Assembly (NCBI RefSeq): GCF_006345805.1
Contig: NC_043001.1
Location: forward strand, 57,722,001 to 57,786,000
DNA length: 64,000 nt
Direction of reading: 5' to 3'
DNA from: Octopus sinensis
Lineage: Eukaryota
Part shown: piece by piece, positions 13,901 through 28,060 of the stretch
Position numbering within the stretch: the first letter of the stretch is position 1
Layout of the letters: the number at the start of each line of letters is the position of its first letter
Made by a program: the position numbers and the translations under genes
Notes under the pieces: generated by a model
Told to the model about the DNA's origin: nothing
Databases searched by the model: none
The model's input: only the letters and a program-made list of their open reading frames with translations

Positions 13901-14494
13901 AGCTTCTTAAAGCTAACAAATCTATATTCGTCTATATATTTTTTGTAGTTGACAGATTTATCTCCAGGCATAGTTTCTTTGTGGTATTGTTGAGCTTATG
14001 AATTGTTCACTTTGTCTGCGCTAGTTCGAAGAAAATTTATTTGTTATTGTTTTACTTTGTTTGCGACACGTACTTTCATACTCGTATATGTGTGTCCTGT
14101 ACATTTCATGTAGTTATGTAATCATTGGGATATATGTGTAGTCCTATGGGTATTAAAATGTATACATGATTGTATAGATATTCAATTGTAAGCGTAATTA
14201 ATCAATTTACGTACTTACTGATTGTCCCACTTATATTTTACAATTTGTAAACATTCCGATGTTGCCTTCGCACGTATGTATCATACGTTTCACTGAGACA
14301 TCGAACATGGGAGAAACTGAGTTATTTATGGCAGTAAAATTTCGTTTTTGTGATTATTTTCATTAAAAGGCCTCTTCCTTCGAGTCTTCCACAGATTCCT
14401 TTTCTCATTCCAACATGATTAGATTTGATTCGTATGGAGAGCTCGGTGTAGCATGTCCATGTTGTTAGTGAGGGCGGAGCTGAATCGTATAGCA

Positions 14495-14568
<74 letters not shown>

Positions 14569-14687
14569 CATTATTAATATTGTTATTCTTATTGTTGTTG
14601 TGGTCGTTATTATTATTATTATTATTTTCATTATCATTATTATTATTATTGTTACTATTATTATTACATTTACTATCATTGTTATTA

Positions 14688-14749
<62 letters not shown>

Positions 14750-14790
14750 GCCGTTATTGTTGTTGTTGTTGATATTGGTGCAATTATTGT
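14495..14790. repeat. (ATT)n/(GTT)n microsatellite
   Basis: Directly visible. Confidence 0.97.
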
Positions 14791-14924
14791 CTAATGTAAT
14801 ATATTACAAGTCCAATATGTATTGCTTTGACAGAAAATATATTGAAATTGAACATATATTGAGAAAATTTGAATGGCTCCTGCACAAAAGCGACACGTAC
14901 ATTCATGACGTGTGACTTTTTAGG

Positions 14925-15310
14925 CGCAGCTGTAGCTATAGGTTTACTTCCAATCCACGTTCTCTGGGTTCAATCCAACTGAGTGACTCCTATGAAAATT
15001 GCCTTCTATAATTTCTCTGGGCTGATCAAAACCTTTTTAGCAGATTTACTACGAGGAAACTTAAGATGCCCCCCTCCTATTTAAATATATATAATCATAT
15101 GTATTTATATGTGTAAGTGTGTCTTCGTGTAATATATCCCCTATATTTTGATAACGAGTGTTAAATTGATTACATCCAGTTGGGATGTAAGAAACAGATT
15201 ATGTACTAAGCTCAAAATATCTTAAGCAGAGGGACCGATATATTCGACTTTATTCTTCTAGATAGTGCCCCTGCATGGCCACATCCAATATCTGAAATTA
15301 GTAAAGATAA
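14925..15310 (+). mobile_element. Old, diverged bipartite SINE copy
   Basis: Weak but colinear similarity to the SINE at 26150-26840 (head GCGCAGCTGTAGCT...GGGTTCAATCC; tail ...TGCATGGCCACATCCAATATCTGAAA). Confidence 0.5.
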
Positions 15311-16399
15311 ATGATAATATATTGTTTGCATAGTAGGCAGAAAGCCAACGTGGCTATGAAGAAGACAAGATGAGGCTATTCATAGCCAGCCATGCAAGTT
15401 TAACGTACGAAAATGCATGATTTAAATATACATGAAAAACATATAATTCAAAACGATGCTAAATCGAAAGCAGCATGAAGAAATACTAAGACCAAATCCA
15501 CAACCCAAAAAAAAGGAAAAAAAAAAGAAAAAATAATAACGGCATTTACAAAGGGAATGCAGTAATAATATTAATAAACAAAATAGTATTTTGCATGAAT
15601 GTTACACAGAAGCTTGCATTAAAATATTTTATCATCTATGTATCTAATTCACATACATTTGGTTAATGCGTTTATGTGGGCAATCTTTTATATTTACATG
15701 CATGTATGAATCTAAATGCAACTATACATGCATATCACTGTTTATCTATTTACCAACCTTCCTGTCGTTCTCTCTGTATATATATATACACCAATATGGG
15801 TATGTATATATACATGCATATATATATATATATATATATGCATATGTATATATATACACGCACACACATATATACACTATACATACTAATAAACACACAC
15901 ATACCTTAAAACGAAAGTCTAGAGCCATACTTTAAACATAGCTCTCCATAGCCTTACAAATTGTTTGAATGATGTCTACATCAATGGCATACAATTTTGC
16001 TAATCACTAGAGTCAGCTTCAATTATCGTTGGAAATCAAGTCTTCACAAATTGTAGGAGATGGAGACGTGGCGCAAGAGACATGAGTTAGATTGTTGAGG
16101 GTGAGGTTTGGTGAGATGGGGGTTTGTGGGTTTTCTTACAACTGACTTTATATCTAAATCAGGAAATGTATACTAGTTTGTGGCACGGAGGTTCAAGTAT
16201 GTAATTCACTGAATGATGCATGCATTCAATAAGCCAATCAAAGAAGAATAGCAGTATTAGTATTAGAATTGGTACTAGCATTAGTAGTAGTAGTTGTGGT
16301 AGAAAGAGGAGGGGGAAGGGGAGGAAGAGACAGAAAGCATAGAAAAGAAGAGTGGAGTAAGATACGAAGGAAAAAGTAATGAAAGAAAATAAAGATGAT

Positions 16400-16421
16400 T
16401 AAAAAACGAAAATGAGGAAAA

Positions 16422-16494
<73 letters not shown>

Positions 16495-17336
16495 AGATAA
16501 TAATAATAATAATGATAATAATAATAATGATAATAATAATAATAGAAAAAAGAAAAATAATGTATATCAATAATAATAATAATGGGTAAAAATAGTAGTA
16601 GTGGCAGCAACAACTGCATTAGCAATAGTAGTAGTAGTGGTGGTGGTGGTGGTGGTAATAGTAGTAGTAGCAGTAGTAGTAGCAGTATTTGCTGTTGTTG
16701 TTGTTTTTGCAGTCGCAGTTGTTTTTGTAGTCGTTGGTGATGGTAACTGTAGCAGTAGCAACAGCAGTGGCGAAAGCAGGGACGGCAGCAGCAGCAGCAG
16801 CCAAATAACTAGAAAAAGTTAATGAAGAGAAAGGAGAAGGGACACAAGAATCGGAAAAAGAAAGAAAGGAAAGCAGAAATCGGTGGTGGGGCGCGAGAAG
16901 CGGAGGTGGAGGAAGGGGAGGAGGATATGGATGGTATGATGAAATGGTGAATCGTTGGAAATTATACGAAATAATGACAGTAGTGGAGGAATATTATTGT
17001 CGGTTACGGTAGTGTTTGTGGTGTTGGTGGTGTTGTTGTTGGTGGTGGCGGTGCTGCTAGTTGTGGCGGTGGTGTTGATGGGTTAGATAGGACGAGAAAT
17101 GCCTGATTACGGCAAATGTTTTAGAGTTTAGATGATAGTAATAACATGTATTCAGTCCAGCAGATTAATCCGACTTCTCCAACAGCTAACAATCTTGACA
17201 ACAATTGCAACAAAAACAACTATGACGACATCAAGAAACTACAACAACAATCATGTCAATAATAGTAATAATAATAATAACAACAACAACAACAACAATA
17301 ATAATAATAATATTAATAATGAAAATAAAAAATAAA

Positions 17337-17409
<73 letters not shown>

Positions 17410-17430
17410 TTAATGATAATAATAATAAAA
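16400..17430. repeat. Mixed trinucleotide low-complexity region (AAT, TAG, TGG, CAG, AAC)
   Basis: Directly visible; accounts for the poly-I/Y/T/N/V ORFs. Confidence 0.9.
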
Positions 17431-17744
17431 ACCGATGGTACAATTAAATACGGATAAAAACAGATAGTTTTCTTTTCAATAAAGAGATATATATTCCCAT
17501 TGACTTTTCTGAGAGCTTAGTTGTATACATACACAGATATAAGCTTTCATATGTAGATTATATATATATGCATGTTTGTGTGTGATGTTGTGTCTGTGGA
17601 TGCGTATGTGCTGAAAGTCAAAACACTCTCGTATACACATGCACCCACACACACACATAGGAATGTCTGTGGGTATATAAGTGTTTACATACTAACATTA
17701 TGTGTATATATATAAATATATATAGGTATGTATATATATTACTC

Positions 17745-17989
17745 TTTACTCTTTTACTTGTTTGAGTCATTTGACTGTGGCCATGCTGGAGCACCGCCTT
17801 TAGTCGAGCAAATCGATCCGAGGACTTATTCTTTGTAACCTAATACTTATCCTATCAGTTCTTTTGACGAACCGCTAGGTTACGGGGACGTGAACACACC
17901 AGCATCTGTTGTCAAGCGATGCTGGGGACAAACACAGACACACAAACATATCTATTTACACACATACACACAAATACACACACACACCC

Positions 17990-18032
<43 letters not shown>

Positions 18033-18208
18033 TAGATAGATATATATACGACGGGCTTCTTCAGGTTCCGTCCACCAAATACACTCACGAGTCTTTGGTT
18101 TCCTCAAGGCTACAGTAGAATATACTTGCCCAAGGTACCATACAGTGGGACTGAAGTCGAAACCATGTGGTTGGGAAGCAAGGTACTCACCACACAGGCA
18201 TGCCTGCG

Positions 18209-18210
<2 letters not shown>
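17745..18210 (-). mobile_element. Bipartite tRNA-derived SINE with internal microsatellite
   Basis: Reverse complement matches the plus-strand copy at 26150-26840; the head at 18048-18210 is duplicated at 19840-20002. Confidence 0.85.
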
Positions 18211-18255
<45 letters not shown>

Positions 18256-18297
18256 TATATACACATACATACATACATGCATACATACATGCATACA

Positions 18298-18338
<41 letters not shown>

Positions 18339-18559
18339 TATATGATTGATATAGGATAACATTTTTCCGGGAAAAAAATTTTATCAATGGCCAGCATATC
18401 AAAAGATGCCTTTCAAGGTAAAATTATACATAGTTTACAAGATAAGGGCAGAAGAAACAACTCTAATGCTAGATACGCCAAAACAAATAAAATTGTCGAT
18501 AACCATTAAATTTATGCGTCTCGAAATAAACCGATAGAAATCTCTAAAAAATTCGTTAT

Positions 18560-18619
18560 TACAGTATTGGTCCAATTTCAGGGTTAATTCACTAGAAATG
18601 TTCCCCTTCTTCAGCGGCA
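18560..18619 (-). ncRNA. Type I hammerhead ribozyme (family A, monomer 1)
   Basis: UGCCG-CUGAAGA-AGGGG..18nt..CCCU-GAAA-UUG-GAC-CAA-UA/CUGUA; one mismatch in stem I. Confidence 0.75.
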
Positions 18620-18916
18620 CATACGCGAGATATAAATGAAATACTTATTCATACCCACGGAAGAATCAAGCACCAAGTCCCGAGCAGACTTAAGTACCTC
18701 AAATATATCCAAATAGAAACATCTTCGGCGCACCTCGAGGCACGTGTGATTCGAACTAGAAACTTTCACAGTGATAGAATCCAGAAGTGAAACAGTTATC
18801 TAATTATAATTGATATAGGATTCCTATATCACTTTGGGGTACTTAAGTCTGCTCGGGACTTGGTGCTTGCTTCTTCCGTGGGTATGAATAAGTATTTCAT
18901 TTATATCTCGTGTATG

Positions 18917-18975
18917 TGCCGCTGAAGAGGGGGAAATTTCTTGTGAATTAACCCCGAAATTGGAACAATATGGTA
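18917..18975 (+). ncRNA. Type I hammerhead ribozyme (family A, monomer 2)
   Basis: UGCCG-CUGAAGA-GGGGG..CCCC-GAAA-UUG-GAA-CAA-UA/UGGUA. Confidence 0.8.
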
Positions 18976-19382
18976 ATAACGATTTTTTTAGAGATTTCTA
19001 TCGGTTTATTTCGAGACGCATAAATTTAACGGTTATCGACAATTTTTTTTTGTTTCGGCGTATCTGGCATTAGAATTTTTTATTCTGCCCTTATCTTGTA
19101 AATTATGTATAAATTTTATTTTGAAAGGCATTTTTTGATATGCTGGCCATTGACAAAAAATTTTTCCCGAAAACATTTCATCTATATCAATTATAAATAA
19201 ATTAGTGTTTCACTTCCGGATTCTATCACTCTGTGAAAGTTTCTTGTTCGAATCACACGTGTCTCGAGGTGCGCCGAAGATTTTTCTATTTGGATATATT
19301 TGGAGTACTTAAGTCTGCTCGGGACTTTGTGCTTGCTTCTTCCGTGGGTATGAATAAGTATTTCATTTATATCTCGCGTATG

Positions 19383-19442
19383 TGCCGCTGAAGAGGGGGA
19401 AAATTTCTAGTGAATTAACCTCGAAATTGAACCAATACGGTA
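19383..19442 (+). ncRNA. Type I hammerhead ribozyme (family A, monomer 3)
   Basis: UGCCG-CUGAAGA-GGGGG..CCUC-GAAA-UUG-AAC-CAA-UA/CGGUA; stem I fully paired; predicted cleavage after 19437. Confidence 0.82.
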
Positions 19443-19797
19443 ATAACGAATTTTTTAGAGATTTCTATCGGTTATTTCGAGACGCATAAATTTAATGGTT
19501 ATCGACAATTTTTATTTGTTTTGGCGTATCTGGCATTAGAATTTTATCTTCTGCCCTATCTTGTAAATTATAGATATAGGTACACATGAAAATACATATA
19601 CACATAGTTGCAAACACACATAGACATATGTAAGACTGGCAGGGGTGACAATCTCCCTAAGCTTGTCCCCCTAAGACAGATGATAGATAAATGCTTTTGA
19701 AACAGAATATTCTCTGTTCGTGACAAAGAGATGTTTTAACATTTATTTCTAGAGTTGGTGGGGCGTATTTGAACACTTAATCACTTTTAGTTACGTT

Positions 19798-19830
<33 letters not shown>

Positions 19831-20000
19831 GATATATATACGACGGGCTTCTTCAGGTTCCGTCCACCAAATACACTCACGAGTCTTTGGTTTCCTCAAG
19901 GCTACAGTAGAATATACTTGCCCAAGGTACCATACAGTGGGACTGAAGTCGAAACCATGTGGTTGGGAAGCAAGGTACTCACCACACAGGCATGCCTGCG

Positions 20001-20052
<52 letters not shown>

Positions 20053-20095
20053 CATACATACATGCATACATACATGCATACAAACATATATATAT

Positions 20096-20132
<37 letters not shown>

Positions 20133-21363
20133 GATTGATATAGGATAACATTTTTCCGGGAAAAAAATTTTATCAATGGCCAGCATATCAAAAGATGCCT
20201 TTCAAGGTAAAATTTATACATAGTTTACAAGATAAGGGCAGAAGAAACAACTCTAATGCTAGATACGCCAAAACAAATAAAAATTGTCGATAACCATTAA
20301 ATTTATGCGTCTCGAAATAAACCGATAGAAATCTCTAAAAAATTCGTTATTACAGTATTGGTCCAATTTCAGGGTTAATTCACTAGAAATGTTCCCCTTC
20401 TTCAGCGGCACATACGCGAGATATAAATGAAATACTTATTCATACCCACGGAAGAATCAAGCACCAAGTCCCGAGCAGACTTAAGTACCTCAAATATATC
20501 CAAATAGAAACATCTTCGGCGCACCTCGAGGCACGTGTGATTCGAACTAGAAACTTTCACAGTGATAGAATCCAGAAGTGAAACAGTTATCTAATTATAA
20601 TTGATATAGGATTCCTATATCACTTTGGGGTACTTAAGTCTGCTCGGGACTTGGTGCTTGCTTCTTCCGTGGGTATGAATAAGTATTTCATTTATATCTC
20701 GTGTATGTGCCGCTGAAGAGGGGGAAATTTCTTGTGAATTAACCCCGAAATTGGAACAATATGGTAATAACGATTTTTTTAGAGATTTCTATCGGTTTAT
20801 TTCGAGACGCATAAATTTAACGGTTATCGACAATTTTTTTTTGTTTCGGCGTATCTGGCATTAGAATTTTTTATTCTGCCCTTATCTTGTAAATTATGTA
20901 TAAATTTTATTTTGAAAGGCATTTTTTGATATGCTGGCCATTGACAAAAAATTTTTCCCGAAAACATTTCATCCTATATCAATTATAAATAAATTAGTGT
21001 TTCACTTCCGGATTCTATCACTCTGTGAAAGTTTCTTGTTCGAATCACACGTGTCTCGAGGTGCGCCGAAGATTTTTCTATTTGGATATATTTGGAGTAC
21101 TTAAGTCTGCTCGGGACTTTGTGCTTGCTTCTTCCGTGGGTATGAATAAGTATTTCATTTATATCTCGCGTATGTGCCGCTGAAGAGGGGAAAATTTCTA
21201 GTGAATTAACCTCGAAATTGAACCAATACGGTAATAACGAATTTTTTAGAGATTTCTATCGGTTTATTTCGAGACGCATAAATTTAATGGTTATCGACAA
21301 TTTTTATTTGTTTTGGCGTATCTGGCATTAGAATTTTATCTTCTGCCCTATCTTGTAAATTAT
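20133..21363. mobile_element. Duplicate of the family A array, with HHRs at 20351-20410(-), 20708-20766(+) and 21175-21233(+)
   Basis: Part of the 1792-bp duplication; the same HHR motifs are read directly. Confidence 0.85.
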
Positions 21364-21589
21364 AGATATAGGTACACATGAAAATACATATACACATAGT
21401 TGCAAACACACATAGACATATGTAAGACTGGCAGGGGTGACAATCTCCCTAAGCTTGTCCCCCTAAGACAGATGATAGATAAATGCTTTTGAAACAGAAT
21501 ATTCTCTGTTCGTGACAAAGAGATGTTTTAACATTTATTTCTAGAGTTGGTGGGGCGTATTTGAACACTTAATCACTTTTAGTTACGTT

Positions 21590-21657
<68 letters not shown>

Positions 21658-21659
21658 AT

Positions 21660-24560
21660 ATACACTTGAGGGACGTTCGCCTACACTCTTTTTCACCCGT
21701 CGCACGCCACTTCCGCTCGGCCGCCATTCCCTAGATGACATCTCAGTGTTTGGTCTCGCCCCCCACAATGGTCGCCCACTTTCCAGGCTCCACTTGGAGC
21801 AACGCTACATCTTCACCCTACAAACTACCACCCCACACGGACTTAACACAGACCCCTCCTCTTGAGATCCGCTTTTTTTTTTCCCCGGATACACCACCCA
21901 CACACACCCACCCACCTACCTCCCACACGCCTGTTCACACACACACATACGTAGACCCATCCACGTACATAATTCACACATTTAATCACACACACTTATA
22001 GACATACATGCACACACTAACATACAAACCAACATGCACGTACACACACACATACATACATACACACACACATACATACTTACACACACACACACACAGA
22101 CATACATACACACATACATACACACATACATACGCACATACATACACACACACTCACACACACACACCGCACGTACATACTTCACACACACACACATGCA
22201 CACATACATGTAGGCACACACATACATACATACCCACACATGCACACCCTTACACTGAATGCACACACACATACACCTTTTTGCATCCAGGCAGCCCCCC
22301 TTCTTTTCTGCTTTCCGGTTTTGGCTGATGGATCCCCGGTTCCCGCGTAGCGGGGCGTTCGAGGGCCTTTGCGCTCGCGCGCCTTGGCGCGCGCTGGGGG
22401 CTTGGTCGGCCCCTTGGGCTTGCGTTGTACTGCTTGTGCGTTGTGTGCGTGAGCGCGCTTCGTGTGTGTGGGCTTGCTTCGGATGTGCGCGTGCGTATGT
22501 ATGCATACATACCCACACACTCGCATGCATCCCTACCCACATACATACACGCACACCTACTCACACACACACTTACACATACACACACATACCCCCCCCA
22601 CACACACACATACATACATACATACACACACATACCTACTTCAGACATACACACACACAGACATACACCCATACACTCACACTCACACGCATACACACAC
22701 ACACATACACACGCACACGTACACATACACACACACACACACCTACATACATACATTACACTTGTATACACACACACTTACATTCATACACACACACACC
22801 TACACAGCCATACCCTCACTCAGACACACACACCTACCTACACACACACAAACACACACAGACACACACCCATACATACATACATCTACACACACACGCC
22901 TACACACATACATACACACATACATAAACACACAAACATACACATACACACATATACGCACACACATATACTTATACACATGCACACACACACACATACA
23001 TACATACACCCATACACATACACACACACTTACCTACATACTCCTATACGCACATACATACACACAGACATACACACATACACACTCACTCAAACATACA
23101 CACACACATACTTACACACACACTCACCTGCACGCGCACACACATGCATGACAAATACCCATACACTCACACTCACATACGCACACACCAACATAAACAC
23201 GCACACGCACACACACACCTACACTCCCACACACATACACACGCACCTACATACACACACGCACGCATACACACGCACACACACGCATACACACATACAT
23301 TACACACGTACACACACACCTACATACACATGCATACACACACACACACAAACATGCAGGGACACACCCAGACATACATACATACACCTATATACACACG
23401 CCCACACACCTACATACACACACATATACACACGCCCACACACCTACATACACACACAGACACGGACACACCCATACATACTTACATACATACACCTATA
23501 CACACACGCCTACACACCTACATACACACACATGCATACACACACACACATGTACGCACATACACACACATATACGCACATACATATATACCCACACACA
23601 TGCACACACACACATACGCACATGCATGCATGTATGCACACGCGCACACCTACACGCATACACACACACACACGCACGTACACATACATACATACACACA
23701 CGCATACATACACCCATACACATACATGCATCCTACACACACTTACATACACACTCACATATACATACACACACACACACTCACTCACACACCTGTATGC
23801 ACGCGCACACACATGCACATACACACACTTCCACACACCCACACGTACATACATACACACTCATACACATACACACACACACACACGGACATACATCTAT
23901 GCACACACATATATACACACATACTCACATACACTCATCGGACACACTGACACCCAGACATACACACAGACACACTCACACATCCACACACATACATACT
24001 TACGCGCATACTCGCAGGCGCGCGCACACACGCGCTTGCGCCGGTTCGCGCACGCATACGCGCCGCATGCACCTCGCTCTTGGACCCGACGAGACCTCCC
24101 GCTCGTTCCTGGGACCGTCGCTTGTCGTTGGGTTTTCCCACGCCCGTCTCCGCGGGACCACTCTTCCATCTTCCCCTCAGCTGGAGTCCTTTTTCCTTAC
24201 CCCCCCCCTTTTTTGTTACACACACGCGCACACATATACACACATTGCTTAAATATATACATTACTCTTACACACATTCAATCTACTCGCCATTAATACT
24301 ACCACGACACTGGACACACACACACACTACTACTCAACACACGCTGGCACGCTACATACGCCCCCACCCCTTCCCCTCCCTCCCTTCCTCCTTCCTTCTT
24401 TTTCTTACTACTGACCATTGTCTGCTATGCCTACCACTGTCTCGCCCTACCTCACACGCCTACACACAGACGCACACACTAACACATACATATATTTTTT
24501 GTTTTTTTGTCTCGCCTCACACACACACATACACACACGCACACGCACACACTCACACAT
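21660..24560. repeat. ~2.9-kb degenerate (CA/CATA)n tract with embedded CpG-rich islets; possibly unpolished sequence
   Basis: Highly irregular CA repeat; GC-rich patches at ~21670-21890, ~22270-22500 and ~24010-24210 contrast with the AT-rich background. Confidence 0.75.
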
Positions 24561-24689
24561 ACACACACATCTGTTGCGTTACCAACCTTGTCTCCACTCT
24601 CTTGGCTTAAAAACCTACTTTGCTCTTGTTATCGTAAACTTCCGCCTTTCACCATGTGTAACTCGTAAACACCAGTCGTTTTTTTCTCT

Positions 24690-25015
24690 ATCCCTGTTGC
24701 CCGCTTTGGGATCTTTCTTTCCTCTCTCTTTCTTCTTTATGTTTCCGACGAAGAGCTCCGCTCGAAACGTCATACCCTCCTGCTTCCATTTCCTGAGCGC
24801 CTATTAATAATAATACTGTAATTGTTCCATTGTTGTTGTTTTTTTGTTTTCCCGTTTGGATTAAAATTATATATATATATATATATATTATAACTGCATG
24901 TAGATTGTTGGAGATTTTTTCTCCATCTTCCTTTTTTCTTGGGACTTACATCTGTCGGCTGAAGAGCATCGCTGGAAACGTAACGTAACCTTTCTTTCTT
25001 TCCCTGAGCGTCTTA
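24690..25015 (+). mobile_element. Penelope pLTR-like fragments with degenerate minimal hammerheads (24741-24775; ~24955-24986)
   Basis: GUUU-CCGACGA-A-GAG-CUCCG-CUC-GAAACGUC (U4 mutated to C) and CUGAAGAG...GAAACGUA, both with palindromic ACGU stem III. The tail CTGAGCGCCTA..TAATAATAATACTGTAATTGTTCC recurs inverted at ~63010-63052. Confidence 0.6.
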
Positions 25016-25174
25016 TTAATATATATATGTATGTATATATGTATATAATATATATATATATATAATATATAATATATATATATATTTGTGTATATATATA
25101 TATAAATATATATATATTATAGGCGTAAGATTGGATGTATGATAAGTAGCTTGCTTACGAACCCCATGTATATA

Positions 25175-25302
25175 CAGGGTGTCCCAAAAAGAATACACAC
25201 CTTAAATAATTGTAAATTTGTTATTCTTTGTAAGCCTAGTACTTATTCTATCGTTCTCTTTTGCCGAACCACTATGTGTATACATTTTTTTGGGACACCC
25301 TG
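25175..25302. mobile_element. 128-bp Tc1/mariner-type MITE
   Basis: TIRs CAGGGTGTCCCAAAAA / TTTTTGGGACACCCTG flanked by TA on both sides. Confidence 0.85.
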
Positions 25303-25309
25303 TATATCG

Positions 25310-25340
<31 letters not shown>

Positions 25341-25518
25341 GTTGTGTGTGTGTGTGTGTGTAGATGTTTGTGTGTTTGTGTGTGTCCGCCAACATCGCTT
25401 AATAACCGATAGTGGTGTGTTTACGTCCTCGTAACTTAGCATTTCGGTAAAGAATAAGTCATTGGGCCGATTTGACCGAAACAAGAAAATGGGTGTGTGT
25501 ATATATATATTATATATA

Positions 25519-25573
<55 letters not shown>

Positions 25574-25583
25574 CTCAATAAAG

Positions 25584-25703
25584 GGTTTAGCAACGAATTG
25601 CCTTACCACATCCGAATTAGAAATAGCAGTCAAAGAGTTATAGCTATTTCTTCTACTAAAAAGGGAGATCTCAGTATGTGGTAAGGCAATTCGTTGCTAA
25701 ACC
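25584..25703. repeat. 28-bp perfect inverted repeat with 64-bp spacer
   Basis: GGTTTAGCAACGAATTGCCTTACCACAT (25584-25611) and its exact reverse complement (25676-25703). Confidence 0.95.
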
Positions 25704-25814
25704 TCTATTGCTTAGTATTACTTAAATTTTCCTCGAATGAGGCTTTTACATGCCGAAGACTACTTGGTGTAATTGATAATTATTCCAAATTAATTAATTT
25801 CACCCTTCATTATT

Positions 25815-25861
<47 letters not shown>

Positions 25862-26149
25862 GAATTTGCAAAAATTAAAAGACGAAGACGGACGTGTAAA
25901 CAACAAAAGAATGTATTACTTTAACGCTCGGGAAATGAGGCAGTCTTTTATGTATGTATTTGTGCTTCTCTGTTTATGGGCATATATAAATGTACAAAAA
26001 TACATACACGATGATGACGTCGATGATAATAATGATGAAGAAATTGCGAAGGGGTAAGTATAATATTCAGCATGAATATATTTGTCTTTCTTTCATCTCA
26101 TAATTTTTATATATGGTTGATGCAGTCATGGACATTAATTTTGCCAGTA

Positions 26150-26840
<691 letters not shown>

Positions 26841-26989
26841 CAATAAAAATATATAAATTTATTTATGCGTGTGACTGCGCGTGCGTGTTTGTGTGTGTAT
26901 GCGTGTGTCTGTTTGTGTGAGTGTATGTGTGTGTGTTTTTATGTTTGTGCGTACCAAAAGGTACAGCAATCCCAGAATCACATACGGTG

Positions 26990-27660
26990 TATCATCTCGG
27001 GATTGATATGAGCAACGATGCTTCGTTTTACATGCATATAACTAAGATGGTGACAGTGTGCAGCCGAATGGCCTGATGTATTCTGAGAACTTTCAAAACA
27101 AGGGACCAAGAAACTATGCCTGTCCTATGGAGGACATTTGTCCTCAGCCGTCTAGATCACTGCTCTTAACTTTGGTCACCCTACAATATCGGATAAATAG
27201 TGGAACATGAGGCGGTTCAGCGATGTTACAGAGGATGGTTGCATCAATGGAATAGGTGACGTACTTAGAAGGCGCTGAAAATTATACGACTCTACTCCCT
27301 GGAGCAAAGACGAGAAAGTATGCAGTGATATATGTGTGGAAGTTATTGGAGGTGATGACACCAAATTGTGTAATCAAGACCTATACCAGAGTCCGAATTG
27401 GGCGTCACTGCACTTTTCTAAATATCCTAGCTGTCCCATACAGATTGAGGCTTGAGATTCAAAAATCCACAGCTATTAAATGCATTTGTAGTGGGGTGTT
27501 CATATGCTCACTACTAAAACAAGACCCAAGAATAAAATAAACATTCGAAATACACAAAATAATCAAAAGTAAACGATAATCAAAGTCCCTTAAAAAATTC
27601 CTCACAAGTGCTAAATTACCTCCACAATTCCTACACCAACAATCAAATAGTGTGGCCACC
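26990..27660 (+). mobile_element. CR1/L2-like LINE 3' fragment (decayed)
   Basis: Frames give LYSLEQRRE / KYAVIYVWKLLEVMTPN...RIGRHC, similar to the LYSLERRRER...IYxWKIL C-terminal motif of CR1-group ORF2. Confidence 0.6.
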
Positions 27661-27734
27661 CAATTGCGGTACCTGCTTCATCCTTATTGAAGAAACAACA
27701 TACAAATTCAAACCAGGACAGACTTTTAACGTAA

Positions 27735-28060
27735 AAAAAATCAATTTACATGTTCTTCAAAGAATTTAATATGTCAAGGATGCAATGAAGATTGCAAAGA
27801 TCAAACGAAGCTTACTCTAAAAAAAGGACTGACCAATCACTGCCAACAAATATGAGATACCAGTACTAGACAGTTTTCACTGAGTGGTCACAGAGACATA
27901 TGTGCAAAAAGTAAGACCGCAAAATTCCAGGTTTACCAGTATACCTATGTTCAGCGAATTCCACGGGCGAGGCACGGATACACAAAGAAAATGATTTCAT
28001 ACAAAGGTACAAAGCAAGACTACCCAAACTTTAACAGAGTCCGTACACAAGTAACTATTC
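27735..28060 (+). mobile_element. Decayed Penelope-like GIY-YIG endonuclease fragment
   Basis: FTCSSKNL...CNEDCKDQTKLTLKKR...HCQQI*DTSTRQFSLSGHRDICAK across frames. Confidence 0.6.

Larger units (their letters stand above)
18344..19571. mobile_element. Family A hammerhead-bearing ~466-bp monomer array: one monomer on minus, then ~1.6 monomers on plus (inverted pLTR/retrozyme-like)
   Basis: Monomers share long blocks (e.g. GTACTTAAGTCTGCTCGGGAC; ATTTCGAGACGCATAAATTTAA). Orientation flips at the hairpin TGATATAGGA-T-TCCTATATCA (18811-18831). HHR spacing on plus is 466 bp. Confidence 0.85.
18040..21592. repeat. Near-identical tandem duplication, period 1792 bp (18040-19800 / 19832-21592)
   Basis: Offset is 1792 at both ends (ACGACGGGC at 18048/19840; AGTTACGTTTAT ending 19800/21592); junctions lie in (TA)n. 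Confidence 0.95.

Noticed and set aside
13930-14400. Possible additional PLE tail/pLTR
   Set aside because: No convincing GIY-YIG or hammerhead motif could be read.
22425-24296. 623-aa His/Thr-rich ORF and overlapping HT/CV ORFs
   Set aside because: Translation of a CA-repeat tract that lacks stops by composition; open in several frames.
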